The position numbers were made by a program, and so were the translations under genes. The notes beneath the pieces were generated by a model. That model did not search any database, was not told the origin of the DNA, and saw only the letters and a list, made by a program, of their open reading frames with translations. A stretch of 64,000 nt of DNA from Prorocentrum cordatum. Its lineage: Eukaryota. Positions 52,673 to 64,000 of the stretch are shown in pieces; within the stretch, counting starts at the first letter, position 1; the number at the start of each line of letters is the position of its first letter. Location of the stretch: NCBI GenBank assembly GCA_963575745.1, contig CAUYUJ010000075.1, forward strand, positions 1-64,000. The letters run 5' to 3'.

Positions 52673-52939
52673 CCCGTGGCATAGACTTCAACTCCAGCAA
52701 GGCGCCTTCGCGGTCCTTGCCACCCTGCACATTCCGCTCGCGCAGGCGAGACCCCTGGAAGAGGAGGGGGAAGAAAGGCAACATACCAACCGACTTACCT
52801 ACATCACATGAGTGTGTGCCGTACATTACTACAACTAATGCGTGTGTTGTGGTGTGTAGGGACAAACAGATTAATGAACGCCAGCACCTGCAGCCTGCTT
52901 TCACATCGCCACATGCCTCTCGTCCTCGAGATTGAGCGC

Positions 52940-55061
52940 CCACCCGGCAACGTTGACATCCTAGTATGTGCATATGTTTTCCAATATCCAGCGAACGTCA
53001 CCTTACACCAAGTGGTTCTGGGGCGTCCCACGCGAAGCGTCCCCACGTCGTGCTGCTTTAGCGTCGTTCGGTAAAATAGCATAGTTCTCACTGGGTCGTC
53101 ATCCATGCTGGCAAGTCTGGCTGCCAAAGATTTGAGCCGCATGCGTGTGTAGTAATCATTCACTGAGCGTTTCAATGCGGTCTTCACGCCGCTGTGCCTG
53201 CAGCTGCTCGTTAGCGCGGGTGTATACACGTGCGTTGCTGCGCTGCTTGTTGACATATATTTGTCGGAGTCCCTTCAATGTGTCCAAACATTGACGTGAA
53301 CTCTCCGTGAGCTGCGCCGATTCCAAAACATTCGTGAATTTTGAGCGGAGAATCGCGCTGAAGACTTCCAAATTTGGGCGGAACAATCGGAGATCGTAAA
53401 GAACAAACCAGATTTTTTCCAGACGCCCATGCGTACCGAAAGGCGATGTCGTAGTTCCATCTGCACGTTTCCTCTGTCGTTGACCATGTATCCAAAATAC
53501 TTTACACACTGCGCGTGTAGAACGACTGCTTCATGGCGAACTTTGATGGCGACTTGTTGCCCAAGCTGGATGAAGATTTCGCATGTTGTTTCGTTAAGTT
53601 TCAAGCCGTATGTGTCCCTCTCTGCCTCGACGGCGTGCAGCAGTTTGTCCAATGTTATTTTCCTGGTGGACGCAAAACTTGTATCGTCCACGTACAGTAT
53701 CGTCCTCCGTTTGCCCTGGTACCTTCCCTGCCCGCAGGTCCTGGCCCATGGTGTGGTGGGTATGAACGTCATGGAGAAGGCATGCCATGATGACAAGGAA
53801 GAGGTACGGTGACAGGGAGCAGTCCTGGCGTATGCCTGAAGCTTGTTCGTGCACGTGCGAGGGGACCCTGTATTTCAACAAAGAAGGTTGGTTTCGAGTA
53901 CGTAGAGCGGAGTTAATGGAGGATCCGTGGGTGAACATGCATGCGCTCGAGCGACAAGAACAGCGCCCCGTGTTTGTCTTCGTCGAACGCCTTCTCCCGA
54001 TCGAGTAGCAGTTATAAAAGGTTGTTCCCGGTGCGTTCTCCGTATTCCATAGCTCTTCGCTCATGGTGGTTGGCCTGCGCCGTGCCCTTTCGTTACTGAA
54101 AGCAGTGTTGAATTCTTTGCAGGTGCGGATCTAGAGTGTAAGGGAAACGTTTTTGGATAAAGGCTGCAAAGATGTTGTAGATGCTGCTCAAAAATGGAGA
54201 TTTGGTGGTAGTTGTTCAAGTTGCCGGAGTCGCTTCTTTGTATAGGAAAACTACCAGCGCGTTTAACGATGTTTCTGGACTTCGTCGTTGGGCCCACCAA
54301 TCGTTGAACGTGTCCAGTACTAGTGCGAGTGTGTCGTCGTCCATTTCTTTGAAGAGCTCCATCGGCACATCGTCTGGGCCTGGTGTTTTTCGTCGTTTGG
54401 ATTTCTTTAAAACTGCTTGCAACGTCGTCAGTGCCAACGGTGACAATTCCCACTCCAGAGGGTGAGCCACTAACGGGTCCCCCCACGACATCTGCCCGGC
54501 AGCATGCTGTCCCGGGCTGGTCGGTCTCGCTGATGCGCCCCACTGCTTGGTGGCAAGATGCCTCGCTGCTTCTTCCGCTCTTTCGTGCAAAGGGACGAAC
54601 GTGCCGTCTGTTTTTGTACCCGTACGGTTGTGGCGTGTACTCGGCGCGCAACCGTTCGAGGCTTATCCAGCGGTCTCGGACGTCCGAATTTTTCTGCACG
54701 GAGTCCGCCGACCCCTTGTGGGTCTCTAGGCGTGTGAGATTATCCCAATCCCCCCCGTGGACCACTAACGGGCAATTTGACTGCCCCCCTGACCCGGCCC
54801 GACCCCGGACCGAACGCGTCATGGGGGAGCGGAGGGCTCCAGAACTGGCCAAGAAGGCACCAAAACAAACGCTCCCCAGACGGTCCCAGAAGGCCACGAG
54901 TCGCCGAAATATCGCTCCTTGACGCCCACGATGGCCTCCAGACGGCCTCCGAAGGTGCCAAGACGCCCCACAAGGCCCTCAAGATGCCTCCAAAAGGGCC
55001 CCAAGAAACAAAAATCGTCCCATTCCCTTGGCAAATATGTGTTTTTTTTTTGCTTATATAT

Positions 55062-55106
<45 letters not shown>

Positions 55107-56170
55107 GATATATCGCATACTCGCCTGTTCGCCTTTCACAGCGTCCAAGACGGGCAAAGAAACCTTCAATATCGCCCCTAGACGGCCGAAGGGGCCCCCA
55201 AGAGGGGTCGACGAGTCCAAAAACAGCCCACGAAGCCCCCAAGACAGCACAAGAGGGCCCCCAGACGGCTCCAAGAGGGAGTCCCGAGGGCACCTGTTCG
55301 AGCTTTCGGCCCCAAGACGCCCCCAGCCTGCCCCACCCCAATAACACCCCAAGAGGCCCTGAGAGAACCCCAAGAGAACCTGAAAGGCCTCCAAGAAGCC
55401 CCCAGGAAGCCCCCAAGAGGTCCCAAAACTTGACCCAAGATGCCTCGAGGCGGCCCGATTCGGCCTGCAGACAGGCCAAGATGCCACCAAAAGGCCACAA
55501 AAGAGCACCAAGAGGTACGATAACAGCAACGAAGCAACAGGAACGATGTCGAGCGCCGTGTCATGATTCGGACAAGCCTCGTGAAATGCAGTCCTGGAGG
55601 CGCAATAGTTTATATAGGGGTCGGCGGATGTGGCGTAAGCCTATAGGGTCTAACAAAGCCTGTCTTTTGTCCAGCCGGCATGTTTCTTGATTTGGGCAGT
55701 GAGTGATTTTATGGTGTCCAGATCGTTCCTGTGCTCGATGGCGTTATGTCGCCGTTGGAGAAGGGACTCCACTGCCGCGGAGACCTCCTGTGGTTTCCGT
55801 TTCGGCGAAAGCTCCGGTATTCTATCCGCCGTCTGCCGCATGACGTCGGCGAGGCGTGCAGGCGTGGGTTCTTGAGGCCAGTGCTCCCTCATGTACTCGT
55901 TGTAAACATGTTTTTGCTCGTCGGAGCACGGGAGATATTTGCGTCTCTCGTGGCTCGTCGGTTTGTGAAATTGTTTCAGTCTTATCTCGAGAGTCGCCTC
56001 CGCTGGGTAATGGTCGGAGGAGAGGTTTGCAGATGTGTGACTTTTAACGTTACGCGCGCTATTATTCCAGCGCTGTTGCTCCAAAACATAATCCGGCATT
56101 TCGTGCGCCCACCTCCGAAAAGGAGGGCCGAGTTGGTGGCTAGCTTTTCTGGTGGCTTGGGGAATCATGT
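52940..56170 (-). mobile_element. Decayed LINE (APE C-terminus + RT), split by a satellite-rich insert at ~54760-55640
   Basis: DYVL...SSDHYP (APE end, ~56000-56090), KTPGPDDVPMELFK, VFLYK...NNYHQIS, GIRQDCSLSPYLF, ILYVDDT, YGLKLN and KYFG. Many frameshifts. Confidence 0.9.
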
Positions 56171-56204
56171 GTTCATGGCCAAACTGCATGTGCATATACA
56201 ACGG

Positions 56205-56423
56205 GTGATGATAATAGTGGATGGTGCTGATGCTGATGATGATGATGATGGTGGTGAGGATGAGGATGAGGATTAGGACGAGGATGAGCATGGTGATGGG
56301 CATGAGGGTGAGGATGAGGATGATGATGCTGCTGATGATGATGATAATGATGCGGATGGTCATGATGATGACGATGACGATAACGAGTTTGATGATGATA
56401 ATGACGATGACGCTGATGATGAT

Positions 56424-56465
<42 letters not shown>

Positions 56466-56569
56466 GTGATGGTAACGGTAGGTGTGATGGTAATGGCGAT
56501 GATGATAATGATAATGAAACGGAGACAATAATGATGATGATGAGGATGATGATGATGATGATGAGGATG

Positions 56570-56614
<45 letters not shown>

Positions 56615-56701
56615 ATGGTGATGACGATGATGATGGTGATTATGGTGATGATGATGATGAAGGTGAAAATGCACATGATGATGATGATGATGATGATGAT
56701 G

Positions 56702-56762
<61 letters not shown>
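56205..56762. repeat. (GAT)n microsatellite
   Basis: Seen directly. Confidence 0.97.
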
Positions 56763-58800
56763 CTGTTCAATCGCTCGGTCGAATGAAAACGGTGCAAAAT
56801 ATTGAGCGGGAGCCCGGAGCCGTTGACGTCGTAGATGGGCCTTCCGCTGTTTTACTGGAACCTGGGGCCGAACCGGCGCCCGAGCGGGAACCGAGCTCTC
56901 AGAGAAGATATAGCGTCCAAAACCGTTAACGTAGGCCGATACCACCATAAGTTTTCCAGCCGTTAGTCACCATCTAGGAGCGGGCAGTCGACGGCGACAC
57001 CGACGATTACGTCGACGACGATGACTGCAACAACGACGGCGACGACGACGGCGTCAACGGCGACGGCGACTACGATGACGACGACGGCAACGACGCCGAC
57101 GCCGACGCCGACACCGACGCCGTCGCCGCCGACGACGACGACGTCGACAACGACGACGACGGCGACAAATTGCGATGGTCACACAACCGGACCAGGAGCC
57201 GCACGGCGTACGCCGACGGCGCGGGAGCCGCGGCCGCCCCGAAGGACACGTCGAGGTTGAGGTCCCCGGCCAGCACCGCGGGGCTACCTCCCGGCCCCAG
57301 ATCGGGTGCTAACAGAAGTGTCCCTGGCCGAAGGTGCCCCCAGGATTTCCAAGGAGGTCCCCTCGGCCGTCAGAGCACACCTCGCGAGGCCCAGAGGGCC
57401 CCAGGGGCTCCAAAATGGAGCGAAAAGCTGGGGGCACCTTGAGCCAGGGGCACCTCTAGCAACCCCCGACCAGATGCAAGGAAAAGCGCGCAGTCGGGCA
57501 CACGGTAACATAGATCGGAGGAAAACGTAGCATCAACACAAACTGCTGGATCTCTGCATGGAGCCCTCAAATGTTTATGATGTCGTTGTTCGCCCTCGAT
57601 ACATATATCTATATATATATATATATATGTATACATATATATATATATATATGTGTGGAATCCGTGGATCTGGCGCGTGGGCGCCAGACCCACGAGTCAG
57701 CAAAATACCTCCCCCTGACATGAGTCCAATGTCGCCTCATTTGGCGACAGAGCCTGCCGATTCTGCACGGGAACGAGACCAGTCGCTCATCCTCGCGCCT
57801 CAATCCATGTTTGTGTGTGCTTCCTCTACACAAGCTGGAGGTTGCCCACTGACCACCTCACCGATCCTGGCCATGCCCATCCCGGGCCCAGTCTCGGTGT
57901 GCATGCCTCCCTGGCCAAGGCAGGAGGCCAACGCAAGATCGGGGAGATGGTCAGTTGACGCCCCCCGGAACAGTGAGGGTGTAAGCCGCGCTGCATGGTA
58001 AGCACCACCCCCCATGGCCGCTCCGCCCGACAGCCCGTTCGGGTCCCCCACGAGTGCCGATCCCCACGCGCCACGCTGACCCCCTGTGCGATCCATGCCC
58101 CCCTCGCTGATTGAGCCATCCAGATGGCAGTGATCACGAGACAGGCCGCCCGCTCCAGGATCTGTCCAGTTCGCGAGCGCGGGGCGGCCCCTGGGGGTCC
58201 GTGAACAACATGTACCCTGGGCCGTCCAGGGTCATAGGGCGTGGCCTTCAGGGCGAGGACTTCAGGGCTCCCAAGGGCGTGCCAGGAGACTCGGGGCGCT
58301 CCAGGAACTAGCCCAAGGCTGGGCCCAAGAAGGTGCCAAGACCGTCCAATTGTGCTCCAAGACGGCCGAAGATGGCCTCAAGAGCGCTTCAAGGTCCCAA
58401 GACGGTCCAGGAGCGCTCCGAGAGGCACCCAAGCGGGACACAACATTGATCTTTTGCAGCAATTCTCAAGATCTCGCCCATAGGCTCAAGCCGGCACAAA
58501 ATGCCTTCAAGATAGTCCCAAAACGGCTCAATGGGGGCCCTCTGACGGACGAGGCTCCCAAGAGGCCCCCAAGATCGTCCCACGTCCCCCTAGGAGGCCC
58601 CCAAGATGACCCAAGATGCCCCCAGAGGGCTCCAAACCCGAGACCGCCAGCAGGCTTCAAAGAGGCCCCAGCAAGGTCCCAAGAATGCCTCCAAGAGGCC
58701 CCCGAGAGACCTCCAAAGAGACCCCAGGAAGCCTCCCAAAGAGTCGCAATGTCCAAGCCACATATAGGGCCAAAGAGTGCCCCAAGAGGCCATCCAGAGG

Positions 58801-58928
58801 CATCCTCCTCCTCCTCCTCCTCCTCCTCCTCCTCCTCATCCTCATCCTCATCCTCATCCTCATCCTCATCCTCATCCTCATCCTCATCATCATCAACATC
58901 ATCATCAGCATCATCAACATCATCATCG

Positions 58929-58983
<55 letters not shown>

Positions 58984-59010
58984 TTCCTCCTCCTCCTCCT
59001 CCTCCTCCTT
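58801..59010. repeat. Compound (TCC)n/(TCCTCA)n/(TCA)n microsatellite
   Basis: Seen directly. Confidence 0.97.
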
Positions 59011-60838
59011 CTCGCTCGCGACGAGCACACACCAAATAACAACATTGATGCAATGTGGGAAACGCTGCGGGCCCCAGCCTTGTTAGGTCGCGAGAGTAGA
59101 TGATGACAGGGAGGACGATAGAGGAGGATGAGGTGTATGCATTTACGCATGCTTGGAGCGACCGCGCGCATTCCGCCAGCCCGAAGGATCCCAATGAAGG
59201 TATCCGCAGGGCATCCGCACTACGATTTTTCCTGGACGCATAATGTGAACAGTCTGCGCCCTTGTGCTGTGGGCCCTCAGGCTCCTGGGAGACGTACAAA
59301 CAAGAAGGACTAGCTCTTCTATTCTCATGTGAGCCTCGCATCGGCAGACCCCCCAAGCACTTCGAGCATCACGCACGCTCAGCTGGCCCTCAAGACTCGA
59401 GACTGATCTTGGGAGCCTCAATTTAGCGCACCCCTCAGGCACGTCGTGCACCCTGCCCTCCAGGGGCGATCTGCTGGCCCTCATGACGGCTGAAGGAAGC
59501 CACAATTAAGCACGCACGCATCTCACGCGCTTCGTGCCTCATGGACTTCGTACGCACGCATCTCACGACCCTCAGCTGACCTCTCAGACGGTTCAAAGGA
59601 GCGTTGCTTCGGCATACCCCTCACGCAATTCGTGGCCTATGGTCCCCCAACGGCCGCCTATCGGATCCTCGCCCCCCCCCCCGGACACGTGACCCTGAGA
59701 ACAATAAAGTCCGCCAGCCCCAGGTGGTTTAGAGCGTTTCCCCTTCGAACCCCCGTATTCAGGGCTGAACCGAAACGGTGCGTTTCGTTTGGTTTTGTTT
59801 TCATTTCCCTCGTTTTGTCTTCAATCCGCCTCTATTACGCAAAACGAAATCGAAACGAGCACAACCCACGATATCGCCAAAACACCGTTTAGGTCCACCC
59901 CTGCCCGTCATCCCCCTTGGGGAAGGGCTTGCCCCTCCCCCTGCCCCGGGTCTGGAAGAGGGGGGCACGACCCATGGGAGCGCCCAAGAACGCCTCGGCG
60001 AGGAGGCACAGCTCAAGGAGCTGCCTCCGGCTTTGTCCCTATGCCGACCTCCGGGGGGGAAGAGGGGGGCGCGCCAATTGAGGACCCCCCTTCTTCGATC
60101 GATAGCCTCCCAGATGGCCCCTGAGAGAAGCCAAGGAGGCCCCCGAAAGGTCCCCAAGAGGCTCCCAAAAGACCCTGAGGAGGCTCCCCCGAGGCCCCCA
60201 CGACGCTCCAAGAAACCCCAGGACCGCCAAGAGCCCCCCAAGACGCCCCAAGAGGACTCCAAGAAGCTCCCAAGAGACATCCGAATGTACTCCGACAGGC
60301 ATCCAAGAGGCCACTGGCCTTTCTGCTGGCCCTCCTCATCCTCCTGCTCCTCCTCCCCGACCTCCTCTTCTTGTTTTTCCTCCTCCTCCGCCTCTCCCTC
60401 TTCCTCATCCGCCTATTCATCCGCCTGCCTCCTCCCCACTTCCCCCCCCCCCCTCCCCCTCCTCCTGCAATTCCCCCTTCGTCGTCCCCCTCTTCAGGTA
60501 TCACGATCTCCACAGCCTTTCACTCCACTGCATGCTCCTCCGCATCTCCCATCAGTGCTCATCAGGGCAACTCGCCTGGCAATCTGGTTTCTGGATGGGC
60601 TGGTGGGGTTTCGCGAAGCGTCTAGACTTGCAACGAGCGGTACCGACCCTCGTCAAGCCGTACCCCGAACACCCACCGGCTGCAATATCCGCGAGCGAAT
60701 TCCCCCCCCCCCCCCCGAGGGAAGTGGGGCACCGTGCCTCCCGATCTGCGGGCTCAGTAGGAAAGGGATCCGCGATCCCGCGGCCGCGATCCCACGACAG
60801 AAACGATGGCCCTGCGCGCTCAGAAGGCCACGATCCCT

Positions 60839-60848
60839 CAACAACAAC

Positions 60849-60882
<34 letters not shown>

Positions 60883-60908
60883 ACAACACCAACACCAACA
60901 CCAACACC

Positions 60909-60967
<59 letters not shown>
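60839..60967. repeat. (CAA)n microsatellite
   Basis: Seen directly. Confidence 0.98.
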
Positions 60968-60968
<1 letters not shown>

Positions 60969-62321
60969 TACTAGCACGTGGGGACACTCCGTTCTCACCA
61001 GTGCCAGGGTTTTCATAGGAGGCGGGCAATACCCCCACTTTGTGGGGGGGCCGGTTCAAGCTCTACCAAATTTCCAAACGACTCTTCGCCACCACCCACA
61101 CCCAGCTTCCCGCCCTATGACGTTCGGACACTTCACTTCGTGGCATGCGGACGACCGTGGCTACTATTCAGGGCCCCGCGGCCGACGACGACGGCGTGCG
61201 CGCGCGAAGAAAAAACGAATGTGTCCCGCATGGTATTATTTGACAGGGATGATGGCCCTGGCAGGTGCGCAACCGTTGTTGCAGAAGTTCGAAAAAGTTG
61301 CTCGCAAAAGCCCGTTTGACAGAAATGTTTAAAAAGTGTTGGGTTTCCTACGAATCCGCAAGAGCGCGCGGGATGAAATTTTGTCAATTTTTGTTTGAAA
61401 AACCATTGTTTTTTTTTAAATGTTTTTATGTTAAAATAGCTACGAAAACTAAGGTTTTGGAAGGATTTCGTCTTGCGCGCGCGAATGTCCACTTTACCTC
61501 ATTTTTTGCAAGGGATTCTTGAAGTTTGGATATGTTAGAACAAGAAATGTCCACGTTAGCTTATTTTTGCAAGGGAAAACCGATCGTAACAACACAACCG
61601 GATCCGGACCAACCCGTTTTGCCTGAGACTTCCTCACGAAAATGATGAAAACGTGGCTGCGGCCTAGGCGCGGCGGGGGGGTCGTGCACCAGGGGTCCCA
61701 ACAATAATTATTCTTTAGAAGTAATAATGTTCAACAACAACAAGTCCGTTTCCCGAATGTCCCGTGGCCCAAAGCGGTGGACACGCCTTTCCAAGGCAAC
61801 GCCCCCGTGCCGAAGAGCCGAGACAGCGTGATCCGAGGCAGCACCCCCCCGAACATGAATGTAAATCTCATACCGGGCCGCGACGCCCCGCAAGAAACTC
61901 TGGCTCTGCGCTCCCAAGGCCACGACACCCCAAACGACAACCACCAAGCAAAAGATCCGCGTTCCCGAGGTCACAATCCTTCGTACCAATGCGGGCGCAC
62001 TTCCGCACCCGCGACGCGGCGCGCCTCCTGCGCGCGACGCGGCGCGCCCGCCTCGGGCGGCCCTCGTCGACCCGGTCGCCTCGGGCGCGCCGCCTCCCGC
62101 AGGCGAAGGGACGTCGCCGCGCGCCTCTCGTGGATGCCGCCGCGCTCATTCCCAGCGGTCGGGGGGTCGCGTGGGGTTGCGCGCCCGAGGGCGCAACCCC
62201 GAGTCAAGAAACTGCCATGCGGACGCGGCCGCACGAGACCCTCCGCAAGAAACCCGGCCATGATTAGCCTGGCGAAGGACCCAACCATACGCAGTTGTGA
62301 ATACCGCAGTTGTAGGTATCG

Positions 62322-64000
62322 TCTTCGGTGGAGCCCCCTTTATAGGGCCACGAGACGCTGTACCGGGCAAGGGAGACGCATGCGGACTGCGCCACTGGGA
62401 CTTTCGGTGAAGCTTCTCGTAGGGCCTTGGAACGCTGTACTGGGCGGGGGAGACGCATGCGAGTTGCGCCATTGGGACTTTCGGTGGAGCTCCCTATGGA
62501 CCCACGAAACATTGTACTGGGTGGGGGGAGACGCATGCGGGCTGCGCCCCTGGGGCCGTCGGTGGAGCTCCCTATGGGACCACGAAGCGCTGTACTGCGT
62601 GGGGGAGACGCATGCGAACTGCGCCACTGGGACCTTCGGTTGAGCTCCCTATGGGGCCACGAAGCGCCGTACTGCGTGAGGGAAACGCACGCGGTGGAGC
62701 TCTGTATGGGGCCATGAAGCGCTGTACTGGGTGCGGGAAACGCATGCGAACTGCGCCACTGGGGCCCTCGGTGGAGCTCCCCACGAGGTCACGAAACGCT
62801 GTAGTGGGTAGGGGAAGCGCATGCGGGCTGCGCCATTGGGACTTTCGGTGGGGCTCCCCATGGGGCCACGAAGCGCTGCACTGGGTGGGGGGGAAGCATG
62901 CGGTCTGCGCACTGGAACCTTCGGTGGAGCTCCCCTTGGGGCAACGAAGCGTTGTAGTGAGGGGGGGGAACGCACGTGGGCTGCGCAAGTGGGACATTCG
63001 GTGGAGCTCCCTATGGGGCCACGACACGGTGTACTGGGCGGGAGAGACGCATGCGAACTGCGCCACTGGGACATTCGGTGGAGCTCCCTATAGAGCCACG
63101 GAGCGCTGTACTCGGTGGGGGGGCCGCACGCGAGCTGCGCCACTGGGACATTCGGTGCAGCTCCCTATGGGGCCACAGAACGCTGTACTCGGTGGGGGAG
63201 ACGCATGTGAACTGCGCCACTGGGACCCTCGGTGAAGCTCCCCATGGGGCCACGGAGCGCTGTACTGGGTGGGGGGAGACGCATGCGATCTGCGCCACTG
63301 AGACTTCCGTGGAGCAGCGAAACCCTGTACTGGGCGGGGGTGACGCATGCGAACTGCGCCACCAGGGCCTTGTGTGGAGCTCCCTATGGGGCCACGAGTC
63401 GCTGTACTGGGGGGGATGCGAACTGCACAAATGGGATCTTCGGTGGGGCCCACTGTGGGGCCACGAAATGCTGTACTGGTTGGGGGCGACGCGTGCGAAC
63501 TGCGCCACTGGGACCTTTGGTGGGGCTCCCTCTGGGGCCGCGCAACGGTGTAGTGGGCGGGGGAGACGCATGCGAACTGCGCCACTGGGATCTTCGGTGG
63601 AGCTCTCCAAGGGCCCACGAAACATTGTACTGGGTGTGCGAGACGCATGCGAACTGCGCCATTGGGACCTTCGGTGGAGCTAATTATAAGGCCACGAAGC
63701 GCTGTACTGGGTTGGGGAGCGCCACTGGGACCTTCGGTGGAGCTTATCGTAAGGCCACGAAGCGCTGTAGTCGGTGGGGGAGACACATGCGAACTGCGCC
63801 ACTGGGCTCCTCGGTGGAGCCCCCTTTTGGGCCACGAAGCGCTGTACTGGGTGGGTGGGGGAGACGCATGCGAACTGCTCCACTGGGACCTTCTGTGGAG
63901 CCCCCCCTGGGGCGGCCACGAAGCGCTGTACGGGGTGGGAAAACGGATGCGAAGTGCGCCATTGGGACCTTCGGTGGGGCTCCCTATGGGGCCACGAAGC
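62322..64000. repeat. ~77-bp tandem satellite, ~20+ diverged copies, runs off the window
   Basis: Unit gacgcatgcgaactgcgccactgggaccttcggtggagctccctatggggccacgaagcgctgtactgggtggggga repeated head to tail. Confidence 0.95.

Noticed and set aside
51867..52973. Poly-Ile/Met/Asp ORFs (also 55650-56929 His/Ile tracts)
   Set aside because: (GAT)n microsatellite translations.
62322..64000. CRISPR-like regular array
   Set aside because: Units are head-to-tail homologous along their whole length, with no unique spacers and no cas genes, in a eukaryotic context.

Overview
Eukaryotic, GC-rich, repeat-dense genomic DNA, almost certainly from a dinoflagellate. This is inferred from GC/GA 5' splice donors, spliced-leader (DinoSL) relics and the style of the retroelements. 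The only clear host gene is a minus-strand phosphoglucomutase with six recognisable exons (14134-235, about 596 aa, true N-terminus not located). At least three of its five introns look like introner-type insertions with terminal inverted repeats (TIRs) and target-site duplications (TSDs). One intron has no recognisable splice dinucleotides. Nested in intron 3, antisense to the gene, is a decayed 8.5-kb Ty1/copia LTR retrotransposon. It carries a C5 cytosine-methyltransferase-like domain between protease and integrase, and a long Zn-finger-bearing tail after RNase H. At 22.6-23.9 kb there is a retroposed mRNA with an SL relic, an intact 325-aa ORF, an oligo-A remnant and a perfect 14-bp TSD. 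The rest is microsatellites, tandem satellites, MITE-like inverted repeats, dispersed repeats, decayed LINE fragments and one 100-N assembly gap. Domain calls come from motif recognition by eye; no searches were run.
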